In this document: positions 30,601-40,491 of the stretch, piece after piece
How positions within the stretch are numbered: the stretch's first letter is position 1
Layout of the letters: each line of letters begins with the position of its first letter
DNA from: an uncultured Verrucomicrobiae bacterium
GTDB taxonomy: Bacteria > Verrucomicrobiota > Verrucomicrobiia > Limisphaerales > Palsa-1400
DNA length: 64,000 bases
Direction of reading: 5' to 3'
Assembly (NCBI GenBank): GCA_963707025.1
Contig: CAVPOM010000003.1
Coordinates: forward strand, 32,001 to 96,000
Notes under the pieces: generated by a model
Told to the model about the DNA's origin: nothing
The model's database searches: none
Seen by the model: the letters and a program-made list of their open reading frames with translations, nothing else
Translations under genes and position numbers: made by a program

Positions 30601-31032
30601 TATGAAGCCCACCCGGATGGCACGCTGTGGGTGCGCCCGATCGAATCTGGCGGCCTGGCCCGAGACAGATTGATGCGGGAAGCGCAGCTCGCCGGTCCTT
30701 ACTTCACCGCCATGCAAGGCCTCGCCGGAGCCAGATTGATCGGGGAAGCGCGGCGTGCCGATCCACGGACCGACTGGCTGGCCGTGGCCAGTACCTGGAA
30801 CGCAACCTTTGGATTGACAGCCGATGGCACGCTGTGGACCTGGGGATGGAACCTTGGAGAGAAACCGAGGGTGGAGACGCGATCCCGGATCGAGACGGCG
30901 AGACTGCGGGCGGCAGCGGCGCTGGGCATGAGGTCTCCCGGGCAGAGGATGCCAACGAGCGCCCCGCCGACTTACCCCGTCCAGCAAAAGCCGCGGGCGC
31001 TCATGAGGTTGGCGCCGGAAAAGGGCAATTGA
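27601..31032 (+). CDS. ABC-2-type permease fused to RCC1/BLIP-II repeats
   Basis: LPIVERELRVAAR, LSVEKREETMGLLFLTDL, many TM segments; repeated DG[ST]LW.WG and QVGTNRDW. Confidence 0.85.
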   Translation: MTFLPIVERELRVAARKKGTYLTRVGVGMGAMVLGGIAGLVALYNPPVRFGTLYFQTLSGLAMLYCLGAGRFLTADCLSVEKREETMGLLFLTDLKGYDVVLGKMAATSLNGLYALLAVLPVLAITLVTGGITYGEFWRVALVLLDTFLFSLAVGIFASALTREFRSAMALNFYVLLGLAGLLPAVAGLLLFFHPSSAPAEGLFLPCPVYTLVLAFDALYKSEAAQFWSSAAFILAMSWLLLALACQMAPRSWQAKPAAREKKGSQREKLFRERLLDQNAYYWLAARPWWKARLVWAVIGLALCWLGIMVFSVGWLDESICLVVAFTLNVALKFWITLEAGQRTAEDAKSGAFELLLSTPLAARDFVHGQMLALRRQFLKPLVVAAGLEFFFMFALLTAPAHLRSFTPGLVFWLWMAGIVMLAADAATLSVVAMAAGLTEKNQTTALLKTVRLVLVLPWALWAGLAAVERAWSFLTDDRIPGWGFDLVCWFEIGLGLDLLIGWRTWRRLTGSFRELALRRFESAPPPAGARARCAAMGRVIRDNVRRHPRNRKWAVRLATVLVIGAAAGVWESNRSHDPPPEVVLTGPADGTPLQAVAAGQGVFLILPDGSLWRWGLTEGTNRAVLPERVGTNRDWRTVSVNGNQRLGVRRDGTLWEWQGNGTPTQVGADKDWVEAASSATAPYRAARKKDGTLWAWGDVALRGTLLPSPPVWIPAPAATNHFWKATEDFGLPRAAPLAAGTNLFGNAAGSPGAAPIPAPVTIRRGRGLPPGTILRARGGLGFYNLAVDADGTLWVWGTVTVASGNGSGPATYSANSYPDPIQVCRETNWVGFTLEMPQNNQGQLWNLFAAPPNPAESIKAIGNVFRTQTPVQVGTNRDWMAVEARGNLLLGLRTDSTLWSWGDRPVSTGGPFGALKSFSIPLPTQICSETDWTGFDRTFGTPLARNKSGELWIPMSGINTAAVPNAATSISLTGSLFAHNSPSNQPAPPLQPFGAGPSHYEAHPDGTLWVRPIESGGLARDRLMREAQLAGPYFTAMQGLAGARLIGEARRADPRTDWLAVASTWNATFGLTADGTLWTWGWNLGEKPRVETRSRIETARLRAAAALGMRSPGQRMPTSAPPTYPVQQKPRALMRLAPEKGN

Positions 31033-31213
31033 ATCAGAGGCAAACGGACGCTGGGCGGTTTAAGAAATTGTGTAGCCCTAAATGAGGATGGTAGGGCGCG
31101 CACTCGGTGCGCGCCGCGGCGGGGCCCGATAATTCGGGACCCGCCCCTGTTAAAAAGGCCATCACAGAAGCCGCGTATCGGGACGGGCCGCCTGCCAATT
31201 TCGCAGCACTGCC

Positions 31214-33878
31214 TCATTTGAACCCCACGCGGTAATACCGCGACGCGTTGGTTGCCTTGTTGTCGGTGAAGAAGTGAACGAGGCCGTCCCCGACGATGTT
31301 GGTCAACGGCTGCCAATCCGGTGGCGATAGTGAGGTTGTGTATTGGACAATGTTGGTCAGCCCAGTGGTGGTTTGGAAGCCGAAGCTCAAGGTCTTGTCC
31401 GTAAAGGACGGTGATTGCAGCGAGGGATTGTTGGCCGCGACGAGCGTCACCAGGTTCGGGCTGTACTGAGGCACCAAAACAACGCCGCCGGCTGGATTGC
31501 CAGCCAACGATGCAAAAACCCCATTGATCTGCGCGTTGGTCCAGATAACGAAGGATTGGCCGACCGTTGGAACAAACCCACCGTCGAAGTTAACGGTGAG
31601 TCCCAAGTTGTTGAGCCAAGCCTGGCCGCCAGCGCCACTAAGCTGGCTAAATTGGAGGCCGGGCGCCGTTCCGGCGATGTCCACCGCCAATTGCGCGCCG
31701 GGGTCGTTTGTCAGCGTTCCGAAACCGATGGTCAAAATCCCCGGGGAGTCGCCCGGATGGATCGTGCCGGAATTGACGACCGAGCCGCTCACGGTGCCCG
31801 TCCCCTCCAGGACGCCGCCCCGCATATCGAAAGTGTGTCCGAACGCACCCGAAACGGTGAGCGTTGCTCCGGGTTGCACCTGGGTGGCGCCTGCGGTTTG
31901 AGTCAGTTGTTGTTCGAAGATCATCGAGTAGGGGTTGACCACGAGGAGGCCGCTGTTGGTGACGTTCCAATTGATCTGGGCGGTAAGATTGGCCGGGCCG
32001 GAATTGGAAAGCGCGCCGGCGTTGTAAAGCGCAGGGGGAGGGCCGACATAGCCCACCGTGTTTCCGAAGTAGGCGGCGCCCATCAAATTGAGAGAACTGC
32101 CCGGCAGATTGTTCCAGGTCAAGGGCTGTCCGGCATAGACGGCTACGTTCGAGATCAGGGCCCTGCCGGCATTGGTGATGTTACGGTACAAGGTGAAATT
32201 GTTGGAAATAACAAGCAGCGAGCCGGTGGAACTGACGTTGAGCGAACCGGCGCCCTGAGCGGCGCCCGCATCCAGCGTGAGCACACCGTCCATCGTCAGA
32301 TTGCCTGGCCCGTCAATTCTGCCACTGGTCAGCACCACCAGGTTGTTGGTCATCACCTGATCTGCCGCCAGCCAAAAATCCCCTTCGTAAATCGTATAGA
32401 GTCCGGCCCCGGTAAATGTGGCGGTGGATTCTTGCACGTTTGTGCCCTGCCAGAAAAGCAATTGAGCGCCCGTGGCGACATTGCATTGGCCGGAGTTCGT
32501 GCCCCATTCCATGTAAAGCGTGCCGGTCTGCACGTCGAGCAAGCCCAGATTGAGAAAGTAAGGAGACGGGGCGGGGGGATTGTCGGGGGCAAAGTTCATT
32601 GGGTTGGAGCTGACGGATTTGCGGAAGGTCCCGGCGTTGTAGAAGAAACTCGGACTGGCGCCGGCGCCGCCCTGGAGATACGCGCTGTTTTCAGCGGTGA
32701 ACGTGCCGCCGGCAAGATTGTTGAAGACCGCGCCGTTGTCCATTTGGATGGTGTCCCCGTCCGTGAGCCAGGTCGCCGCGCCGGCGTTATTGATGGTGCA
32801 GCCGGAAATGGTCTTAAGGAAAATGTTGCTGATAATTAAGAGCGAATTGCTGTCAATGTTGACCTGCGGCCCGGCAAAGGTGCCGCTTTCCCATATCAGC
32901 GTGCCGGGCAAGCCCGGGGAACCGGAGATGTTGACGGATCCCGAGCCGTCCAGTGTGAAAGCATGATAATCCAGCGTGCCGGGGCTGGGATCGGCCAGGC
33001 CGACCTGGAGCAGGCCGTTGATGGTTGTTTCTATGCCGTTGTAAAGTAGAAACGTGCCCGGGCCATTGATGAAATTGGTGCAGTTGGTCTGGACGGCGAA
33101 CGGGCCGTTGATCTCGAGGACCGCGTTGGAGGTGATGTTGGTGAAGAAACCCCGTCCCAGGCTGTTGGTCCAGAAGATGTTGTCCGACTCGATAAAAAGT
33201 GTTCCATTCTGGGTTTGGACAAAACCGTTATTGTCAAAGACCAGCGCATTGCCGCTTCCGGCGCTGCTAAACACCGAGTTGTTTCCGATGCTGGTGAACT
33301 GCGCGTTGGAGGTGATGGTGAGCTGATTGGTTCCGGAGGAAAAATTAATGGTGGCGCCGTTCATCAACTCGATCTGCCCGATGTCATAAAGGGTCGAGCC
33401 GTTCGCATAGAGGGTGCCGCCGTTCAAAAACAGCAAGGCCCCAGACATGATGTTGGCCGTGGCGCCGAACAACTGGTCGTTCAGGCTGTTCCATTGATTT
33501 TGAATGTTGAGGGTCGAGCCATTGAAGGTGGTCGTGCTGGAATTGACCGTCAGCACCGAAAAATCGCCGCCCACAATATTGGCCGCCGCGTTTAACGTGT
33601 CGAAGGACACCAGGTTCGGACCGACCACGCACTCGGTACTCGCTGAGGACGACATAGACCGTGTCCCCCGCGCCGGGAAGGTGCGTGGACGGCACCACGA
33701 TTGGATTCAATTCAAAATACCAGTTGTTCAAGCTGAACCAGCTCACGTTGACGTTGCCCATCGAGTCGGCGGTGGGTTGGAAATAGAGCGTGTCCGCGCG
33801 AACCGACAGAGCGGCCAGCATCAGACAGGCCGGGAACAAGCGACGGGAAAAAAGACGAATTACGGAAAAGGTTTTCAC
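31214..33878 (-). CDS. Large exported beta-helix (autotransporter passenger-like) protein with RYYR tail; +1 frameshift at about 33637
   Basis: GTG start with signal peptide (..LSVRA|D); G/N/T/S-rich; GGVLEGTGTVSGSVVNSGTIHPGDSPGILT; ends SRYYRVGFK. Confidence 0.8.
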
Positions 33879-33904
33879 AGGGAATTCCTTTCGCGAAGGA
33901 CTTA

Positions 33905-34910
33905 GAGCGTTTCCATAAATGATATAGCTTGACTGGGGCGAGAGGGCTGGCAGGCTTGAGCCATGCGAGCGATACCCGTGTCTGCGCGCGAGCGCATCCT
34001 GCAACTCTATGAACAAGGCAAAAGCACCCGCGAGATCGCGGACTTTTTCGGCTTTTGCGTGGCGGCGGTGCGCCGGGTCCGGCAGCAGTTCCAAGAGCGC
34101 GGCACGCTCCAGCCGCAAACCCATTTGTGCGGGCGCAAAACGCTGCTGAACGCCGGACGCCAGGCTCGCCTGCAAAAGCTGGTGGCGGCCCAGCCCGACG
34201 CGACGTTGGCCGAGTTGGGGGCGCGTCTGGACCGCCCTTTCGGGACCTCCACTGTGGATTTGTGGCTGCGCAAACTGGGGTTGAGCTATAAAAAAAACGC
34301 TCTGCGCCGCCGAGCAGAACCGTCCGGAACGTGGCCGAAAAGCGGGCCCATTGGCATGAGCGTCTGGCAAGTGACCCACCTGCCCGACTGGTCTTCGTGG
34401 ATGAAAGCGGGGCCAACACCAAGATGACCCGTTTTTGCGGGCGGTCACCCGTGGGCCGAAAGACTGGCGGCCCACGTCCCGCAGGGACATTATCAGACCA
34501 CCACCCTGGTCTGCGCCATTCGTCTGGCCGGGCCTGCGGCCCCCTGCCTCTTTGAGGGGGCCATGGACGGGGAAATGTTTTTGGCCTGGATCCAGCAGGG
34601 GCTGGTGGTGGAGTTGCGCAAGGGTGACTTGGTCATCATGGACAACTTGGCCACGCATAAGGTGACCGGAGTCCGCCAAGCCATCGAAGAGGCCGGGGCA
34701 ACGCTGCTGTATCTGCCGCCCTATTCGCCAGACTTTAATCCCATCGAAAATATGTGGAGCAAGGTCAAACAAATTATGCGAGGTCTCGCGCCGCGAACCG
34801 CCAAGGAACTGCTCCAAGCGGCGAAGATTGCCTTTGAAGCCATCTCCACCGCCGATTGCCGGGGCTTCTTTTTAAACGCCCGCTACGCTACATGATTTAT
34901 GGAAATGCTC
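33905..34910. mobile_element. IS630-family element, about 1.0 kb
   Basis: IRs GAGCGTTTCCATAAATGAT / ATGATTTATGGAAATGCTC (17/19) flanked by a duplicated TA. Confidence 0.93.
33963..34895 (+). CDS. IS630 transposase: probable programmed -1 shift at the A-run near 34290, plus two extra +1 indels
   Basis: HTH ..QPDATLAEL..LGLSYKK; VFVDESG; IMDNLATHK; YLPPYSPDFNPIE. Confidence 0.85.
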
Positions 34911-34966
34911 TAGACTGCGCACGGCCCAGGCTTCACGGGTTTCGGTTATTACGGCTGAGACTGGCC

Positions 34967-34995
34967 AATGTAGCACCGCCCAACCGTCCATGCAA
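34967..34995 (-). promoter_or_regulatory. Putative sigma70 promoter of the 33878 gene, displaced by IS630
   Basis: TTGCAT-N17-TACATT on the minus strand. Confidence 0.5.
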
Positions 34996-35022
34996 GATTT
35001 TTGGCTGATGGCATAAGCCTCC

Positions 35023-35158
35023 GGGCGCATCCTGACCCTGCTGCCGGAGGAGTGCGGCCGTCCCCGGCCGCAGCCAGCCAGGGATTGTTTGGGTGCTCAG
35101 GAAAATCACCGCCGTGCCGTGCTGCCCACGCTGCTGCGCCCGGGGACGGCCGCACTCC
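35023..35158. repeat. REP family A element, inverted relative to 4987-5121
   Basis: GGAGTGCGGCCGTCCCCGGCCGCAGC...TGCTGCGCCCGGGGACGGCCGCACTCC with a similar spacer. Confidence 0.85.
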
Positions 35159-35220
35159 TGTGGCCTTCTTGCGCCTGACGCCGGTAGCAGGGTCAAGAGG
35201 TGAGCCGTGGCCAAGGAAGA

Positions 35221-35296
35221 TGGTGGAGCCGAGGGGATTCGAACCCCTGACCCCCACAATGCCATTGTGGTGCTCTACCAACTGAGCTACGACCCC
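35221..35296 (-). tRNA. tRNA-Ala(GGC)
   Basis: 76-nt cloverleaf, loop ATGGCAT, G3:U70 pair, GTTCGAATC, encoded CCA; upstream TTGAAA-N17-TAATGT. Confidence 0.97.
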
Positions 35297-35443
35297 CATC
35301 TCATTAACGACATCCCACATTAGGGTTCCGCCCCCAAAGTTTCAATCCCAATTTGCATTTTTTCCCGTCTCACTTTCCAAGGCGGGCAAGGCCGGGCGCA
35401 GCGCCTTCTTGCGCGCGGGAGGAAAAACCAATACAAAGACGGG

Positions 35444-37270
35444 GTGTCAACCAATCCGCTGATGGAAATTCGCAAGTTGCGGCTGCAGAAAGCCGCGGCG
35501 GCGCGCGCCCTGGGCCTGAATCCCTACCCGTCGCGCGCCAAGAGAACGCATTACGCCAAAACGATTTTGGACGATTTTGAGGGGCTCAAAGGCGCGGCCG
35601 TGACGGTGGCGGGACGGCTGGTGTCGTGGCGCAAACAAGGGGCGCTGGCCTTCGGCCATGTGCAGGACCAAACCGGACGCATCCAGTTGTTCTGCCGCCG
35701 CCAACTCGTGCAGCCCACCGGCCAGGCGGCGGGGAATCTGGGCTACAGCGACGCCAATTTGCTGGACCTGGGAGACATCGTGGAGGCGGCGGGGGAGGTG
35801 ATGAAAACCGAGCGCGGGGAAGTTTCCGTGCTGGTGCATTCCCTGCGCCTGCTGAGCAAGGCCATCCGCCCGCTGCCCGATCAATGGTCGGGATTGAAAG
35901 ACCGGGAACAGGTGCTGCGCAAGCGTTACCTGGACACCATTCTGGAGCGGTCGTCCTTCGACCGCTTCGGCGCGATCAGCCGGATGGTGGCGGCGGTGCG
36001 CGCCTTCTTGAACGGGCGGGGCTTCCTGGAATTTCAAACGCCTGTCATCCAGCCGCAATACGGCGGGGGGACGGCCAAGCCGTTCAAGACGCATGTCAAC
36101 GCGCTGGGCTGCGAAATGTATCTGGCCATTTCCCACGAGCTTTATCTCAAGCGGCTGATCGTGGCGGGCTTCGACAAGGTCTATACCATCGGGCGCTACT
36201 TCCGCAACGAAGGCATTGACCGGAGCCATCACCCGGAGTTTTCCATGGTGGAAACGATGGCGGCCTACGAGAATTACGAATACAACATGAACCTGGTCGA
36301 GGAAATGTTCCGCCAGGTCGGGGTCAGCGCCTTTGGCCGGACGGAGTTCCAGGTGCGCGGGCACCGGATTGATTTCAACCAGCCCTGGCGCCGGGTCAGC
36401 ATGGCCGGGGCGGTCCAGGAAAAAACGGGCGTGGATTTTCGCGAGTGCCGCAGCGCGGAAGAGGCCAACGCCAAACTGGCCGGGCTGGGCATCCACCAAC
36501 CGCAGCCCAGCGCGGGGGAGGCGCTCGTGAAGGCTTTCGAGTTGACAGTGGAACCGGCCCTGATCCAGCCGACGCTGGTCTTTGGGCATCCGGTGGAGAT
36601 TTCGCCCCTGGCCAAGCCGATGGCGGAGGACCCGCGCTTTGCGGAGCGATTCGAGATTTTCATCGCCGGCATGGAATGCGGGGACAATTGGTCGGAACAA
36701 AACGATCCGGCGCAATTGCTGGAGACCTTCCGCAAGGCCTACCGCGCCGAGGAGCGGGACACGGGCAAGTTCCACACCATGGACTACGATTTCATCGAGG
36801 CGCTGGAATATGGCATGCCGCCCACCACCGGCATCGGGCCGGGGGTGGAACGGATGGCCATGATTTTCACGGAGCAGGAAAATATAGATGACGTGATTTT
36901 CTTTCCCATGATGCGGCCGTCGGTCTCGCCGCTGAACGCGGCGATTTACGAGATCGGCGCGGCGGAACTGGCGCCGGTGGAGGACCTGGCGCTGTCCTGG
37001 GAGGATTTTGAGGCGCTGTGCAACGAGGGGCTGCTCAAACCGCACGCCAAGAATCTGGCGGTGCATCCGCGGGTGCGGCATTGGGGCGCGGTGGAGGCGA
37101 CCGGGCAGATTGATATCGAGGGCTTTTTGCCCAACAGCGTGCTGCGGCTGGCGGGATTCAAAGTGGCGGCGGAGGAATCCTCCTTTGGCGGCGAGCTTGT
37201 GCAATTCTTGAAGAACAAATTTGTTGACTGTCACATCACCGTGTCGCCGACAACGGTGTCGCGCGGTTGA
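35444..37270 (+). CDS. lysS: Lysine--tRNA ligase, class II, divergent, with about 115-aa C-terminal extension
   Basis: OB fold (VAGRL, LGDIV, TERGEVS); YGGGTAKPFKTH; ELYLKRL; FRNEG; ALEYGMPP. Confidence 0.9.
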   Translation: MSTNPLMEIRKLRLQKAAAARALGLNPYPSRAKRTHYAKTILDDFEGLKGAAVTVAGRLVSWRKQGALAFGHVQDQTGRIQLFCRRQLVQPTGQAAGNLGYSDANLLDLGDIVEAAGEVMKTERGEVSVLVHSLRLLSKAIRPLPDQWSGLKDREQVLRKRYLDTILERSSFDRFGAISRMVAAVRAFLNGRGFLEFQTPVIQPQYGGGTAKPFKTHVNALGCEMYLAISHELYLKRLIVAGFDKVYTIGRYFRNEGIDRSHHPEFSMVETMAAYENYEYNMNLVEEMFRQVGVSAFGRTEFQVRGHRIDFNQPWRRVSMAGAVQEKTGVDFRECRSAEEANAKLAGLGIHQPQPSAGEALVKAFELTVEPALIQPTLVFGHPVEISPLAKPMAEDPRFAERFEIFIAGMECGDNWSEQNDPAQLLETFRKAYRAEERDTGKFHTMDYDFIEALEYGMPPTTGIGPGVERMAMIFTEQENIDDVIFFPMMRPSVSPLNAAIYEIGAAELAPVEDLALSWEDFEALCNEGLLKPHAKNLAVHPRVRHWGAVEATGQIDIEGFLPNSVLRLAGFKVAAEESSFGGELVQFLKNKFVDCHITVSPTTVSRG

Positions 37271-37348
37271 TTCCTTGCAAAGTCGAGGCTGCCGCTCGAC
37301 ATCGGGGCGCGGCGCCGGCTCTGCAACAATTACGATGCCGGCCGCTCG

Positions 37349-37378
37349 AAAAGCGGGAGCAAGCTCCCGCACTCCAAA
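37349..37378. repeat. REP-like hairpin between convergent lysS and ileS
   Basis: AAAGCGGGAGCAAGCTCCCGCACTCCAAA. Confidence 0.65.
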
Positions 37379-37388
37379 ATGCGCCGGC

Positions 37389-40277
37389 TCAACTGTCGTG
37401 CTGTTTGACAGCTTCGGCGCAACGGCCGCAGATGGTGGGATATCCCGGGGCGGAGCCGACGTCGGTTTCCCAGTGCCAGCAACGCTCGCATTTCTGGCCG
37501 TCGGCTTTTTCTACTTTAACCTCAACCCCTTTTGCATCACTGCGAACTCGCATCGAAGACACGTTGAGAAGTTCCTGAAGTTCCAAAAACATTTTTGAAA
37601 TATCCATCGGTTCGTTTTCCACATAAACCCAAACCTTAGCCTCCAATGCCTTGCCAATTATTTTGGATTGGCGAGCTTTCTCCAATTCAGGCAGAGCGAT
37701 GGCGCGAATTTCAAACAGTCTTTTCCAGAAAGCTTGTTCACCTTCCGGCAAGACAAAACACGCGGGTTTGAATTCGCCTTCGTGAATCGAACTAACTGGC
37801 TTGCCGGGCACGAATTCCCAGGCTTCGTCGGCGGTGAACACCAGGATGGGCGAAAGCATTTGGCACAGGCCAGTGACGAGGCGGTGGAGGGCGGTTTGGG
37901 TGGAGCGGCGGCGATGGGAATTGGCCGGGTCGGTGTAGAGCCGGTCTTTGATGACGTCGTGGTAAATGGAGGACAGTTCGACGGCGACGAACTGGCTGAC
38001 TTTTTGATAGACGACGTGGAATTCGTATTGGTCGTAAGCAGCGAGGACTTCGTCTTCGAGTTTTGAAAATTCGCCGAGAATCCAGCGGTCCAGGCCAGTG
38101 AGTTTATCGTCGGCCACGGTGTTTTTGGCGGGGTCGAAATCGTAGAGATTGGAGAGCTGATAGCGTAGCGCGTTGCGGATGGCGCGATAGGTCTCGCCGA
38201 CTTTATTGATGCGCTCCTCGCTGACCACGATGTCGCTGCGATAGTCCTGCGAGGCGACCCAGAGGCGGACCACGTCCGCGCCATATTTTTTGACGTAGGC
38301 CCCGGCGGTCTGGGGTTTGTCGTAGCCGGGCTGGCTCTGTTTGCTTTTGGAGATTTTTTCCCGGTCGGCGTCCACCATGAACCCATGAGTCAATACCAAT
38401 TTAAAGGGGGCGGCGCCGTTGCCCGCCAGCGAAAGCAGCAGGGAGGATTGGAACCAGCCGCGATGCTGGTCGCTGCCCTCGAGGTACATATCGGCTTGAA
38501 AGGGCGTTTCCCGGCCCCGGATTTCCTGGCGGCGGGCGATGACGGCGCGGGAGGTGGAGCCGGAATCAATCCAGACATCGAGGGTATCGCTGGATTTGGA
38601 GGCGGCCTCGGGGCCCGGCCAGTCCTTTGGTTTGACAAGCGACCACAGTTCCGGCGCGGATTTTTCGAACCAGACGTTGGAGCCGTGTTTCTCGACCAGA
38701 TCGGCGGTGTGGCGGACGATTTGCGCATCCAGAATCGGTGCGCCCCTGGCGTCATAAAAGGCGGGAATGGGGACGCCCCAGGAGCGCTGGCGCGAGATGC
38801 ACCAGTCGGGGCGGCTCTCCACGGCGCTTTTGATGCGGTTGACACCCCAGGCGGGAATCCACTCCACCCGGTCAATTTCGGCGAGGGCGGCGGCACGGAA
38901 GGTTGGGGAAGTTGGCGGCGGACTTCCTTGCGCCGCCACCCTTGAAAAAGGATGGTCAATACGAATAAACCACTGGTCCATGGCGCGGTAGATGACGGGT
39001 GTTTTGCTGCGCCAGCAAAAGGGGTAGCTGTGCTGGTAATTTTCCTCGTGCAGGAGGGCCTGGCGGAGGCGCAGTTCGTGGAGGACGGCCACGTTGGCGT
39101 CGCTCCGGCCGTGTTTTTCCAAAGTGGATTTGCCGATCATCTCCGGGGGCATTTGCTGGTTTTGCGGCAGATCGCTGGTGTAAGTGAATGCCCCGTCGTC
39201 ATCAATGGGTGAATAAATGGGCAGGCCGTTCTGGCGTCCCAGTTGGTAGTCCTCCAGGCCGTGGCCAGGGGCGACATGCACGAAACCGGTGCCGGTGGCG
39301 CTTTCGACAAAGGCGTCGCCGGCGTAAAGGCGTCCGGTGCGGGCGCAGAAGGGATGCTGGTATTGGAGGGCGTCCAGTTCGCCGCCCAAAACGGTGCGGA
39401 TGGTTTGGTATTGTTGCCATTGGCATTTGCCGGCGATGGCCGGAAGCAAAGGCGCCAAGATCCAATACTGTTCTTCGCCGACGCGCACGAGGGAGTAGGG
39501 CAAAGTGGAATTAAAGGCGACCGCCAGGTTGGCCGGCAGGGTCCAGGGCGTGGTCGTCCAGATGAGGACGAACTGATTCGGTTCGTTGAGCACCTTGAAT
39601 TTGACATAGATGCTCTGGCTGGTGTGATCATGGTATTCGACTTCGGCCTCGGCCAGGGCGGTGCGGGCGGGGATGCTCCAATAGACGGGCTTTTTTCCGC
39701 GGTAAACGAAACCTTTGTCAACAATATCAGCAAAAAGGCGCAGTTCGTCGGCCTCGTATTCCTTGTTGAGGGTGAGGTAGGGATTTTCCCAATCGCCCAG
39801 GACGCCGAGGCGCTGGAATTGGACGCGCTGGAGGTCAATGAACTTGCGGGCGTAGGCGTCGCAGGCCTGCCGGATGGCGGCGGGGTTGAAGTTCGCCGGC
39901 GAGTCGCCGGCGCCGGCGGGCGGCTCCCCCGCTTTACCCTTGCGCATTTCCTGGGTGACCTTGAATTCGATGGGCAGGCCATGACAATCCCAGCCCGGCA
40001 CGTAAGGGGCGCAGAAGCCGCGCAGGGTTTTGTATTTGACGATGATGTCCTTGAGGATTTTGTTCAGGGCGGTGCCGATGTGGACGTCGCCGTTGGCGAA
40101 TGGGGGTCCGTCATGCAGGACGAATTTGGGCGCGCCGGCGCGGGCGGCCTGGATTTTTTGATAGAGGCCGGCAGCCTGCCATTTTTGCAGGCGCTGCGGC
40201 TCGCGGGCGACCAAATCGGCTTTCATGGGAAAGCCGGTTTGCGGCAGGTTGAGCGTGTCTTTGTAATCGGTTCTCAA
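37389..40277 (-). CDS. ileS: Isoleucine--tRNA ligase type 1
   Basis: LHDGPPFANG, HIGT, GWDCHGLPIE, WTTTPWT, DWCISRQR, EGSDQHRGWF, KISKS, C-terminal zinc finger. Confidence 0.97.
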   Translation of the reverse strand: MRTDYKDTLNLPQTGFPMKADLVAREPQRLQKWQAAGLYQKIQAARAGAPKFVLHDGPPFANGDVHIGTALNKILKDIIVKYKTLRGFCAPYVPGWDCHGLPIEFKVTQEMRKGKAGEPPAGAGDSPANFNPAAIRQACDAYARKFIDLQRVQFQRLGVLGDWENPYLTLNKEYEADELRLFADIVDKGFVYRGKKPVYWSIPARTALAEAEVEYHDHTSQSIYVKFKVLNEPNQFVLIWTTTPWTLPANLAVAFNSTLPYSLVRVGEEQYWILAPLLPAIAGKCQWQQYQTIRTVLGGELDALQYQHPFCARTGRLYAGDAFVESATGTGFVHVAPGHGLEDYQLGRQNGLPIYSPIDDDGAFTYTSDLPQNQQMPPEMIGKSTLEKHGRSDANVAVLHELRLRQALLHEENYQHSYPFCWRSKTPVIYRAMDQWFIRIDHPFSRVAAQGSPPPTSPTFRAAALAEIDRVEWIPAWGVNRIKSAVESRPDWCISRQRSWGVPIPAFYDARGAPILDAQIVRHTADLVEKHGSNVWFEKSAPELWSLVKPKDWPGPEAASKSSDTLDVWIDSGSTSRAVIARRQEIRGRETPFQADMYLEGSDQHRGWFQSSLLLSLAGNGAAPFKLVLTHGFMVDADREKISKSKQSQPGYDKPQTAGAYVKKYGADVVRLWVASQDYRSDIVVSEERINKVGETYRAIRNALRYQLSNLYDFDPAKNTVADDKLTGLDRWILGEFSKLEDEVLAAYDQYEFHVVYQKVSQFVAVELSSIYHDVIKDRLYTDPANSHRRRSTQTALHRLVTGLCQMLSPILVFTADEAWEFVPGKPVSSIHEGEFKPACFVLPEGEQAFWKRLFEIRAIALPELEKARQSKIIGKALEAKVWVYVENEPMDISKMFLELQELLNVSSMRVRSDAKGVEVKVEKADGQKCERCWHWETDVGSAPGYPTICGRCAEAVKQHDS

Positions 40278-40365
40278 GATTGGTTAAGAGTGCAGAGTGC
40301 AGAGTGCAAAGTCAAAAAAGGTTTCATTCACGGTGGAGATGGGGCGGGAAGTAAATTTACTGAGA

Positions 40366-40491
40366 TTAAGTGAAAATGAATGGGAGGCATAGGCCGCATG
40401 GGACGGTGGCCAAACGCTCGGAAACGGAACGATACTTCTCCACTTCAGCGTCCAGATCAGCTTTGAAACGGCTGCTAAAAACAGCTTTCAC
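40366..40491 (-). pseudogene. Truncated RelE/ParE-like toxin (N-terminus only)
   Basis: GTGA overlap with the antitoxin; VKAVFSSRFKADLDAEVEKYRSVSERL, stop after 41 codons. Confidence 0.55.

Noticed and set aside
33384..34817. 477-aa ORF spanning IS630
   Set aside because: Antisense IS sequence running into the true N-terminus of the 33878 gene
23250..35296. Genomic island integrated at tRNA-Ala
   Set aside because: No integrase and no duplicated tRNA 3' end; only a 9-bp chance match inside the GH43 gene
37389..40277. HIGT/KISKS variants as mupirocin-resistant IleRS
   Set aside because: Type 1 architecture with zinc finger; these variants alone do not support resistance
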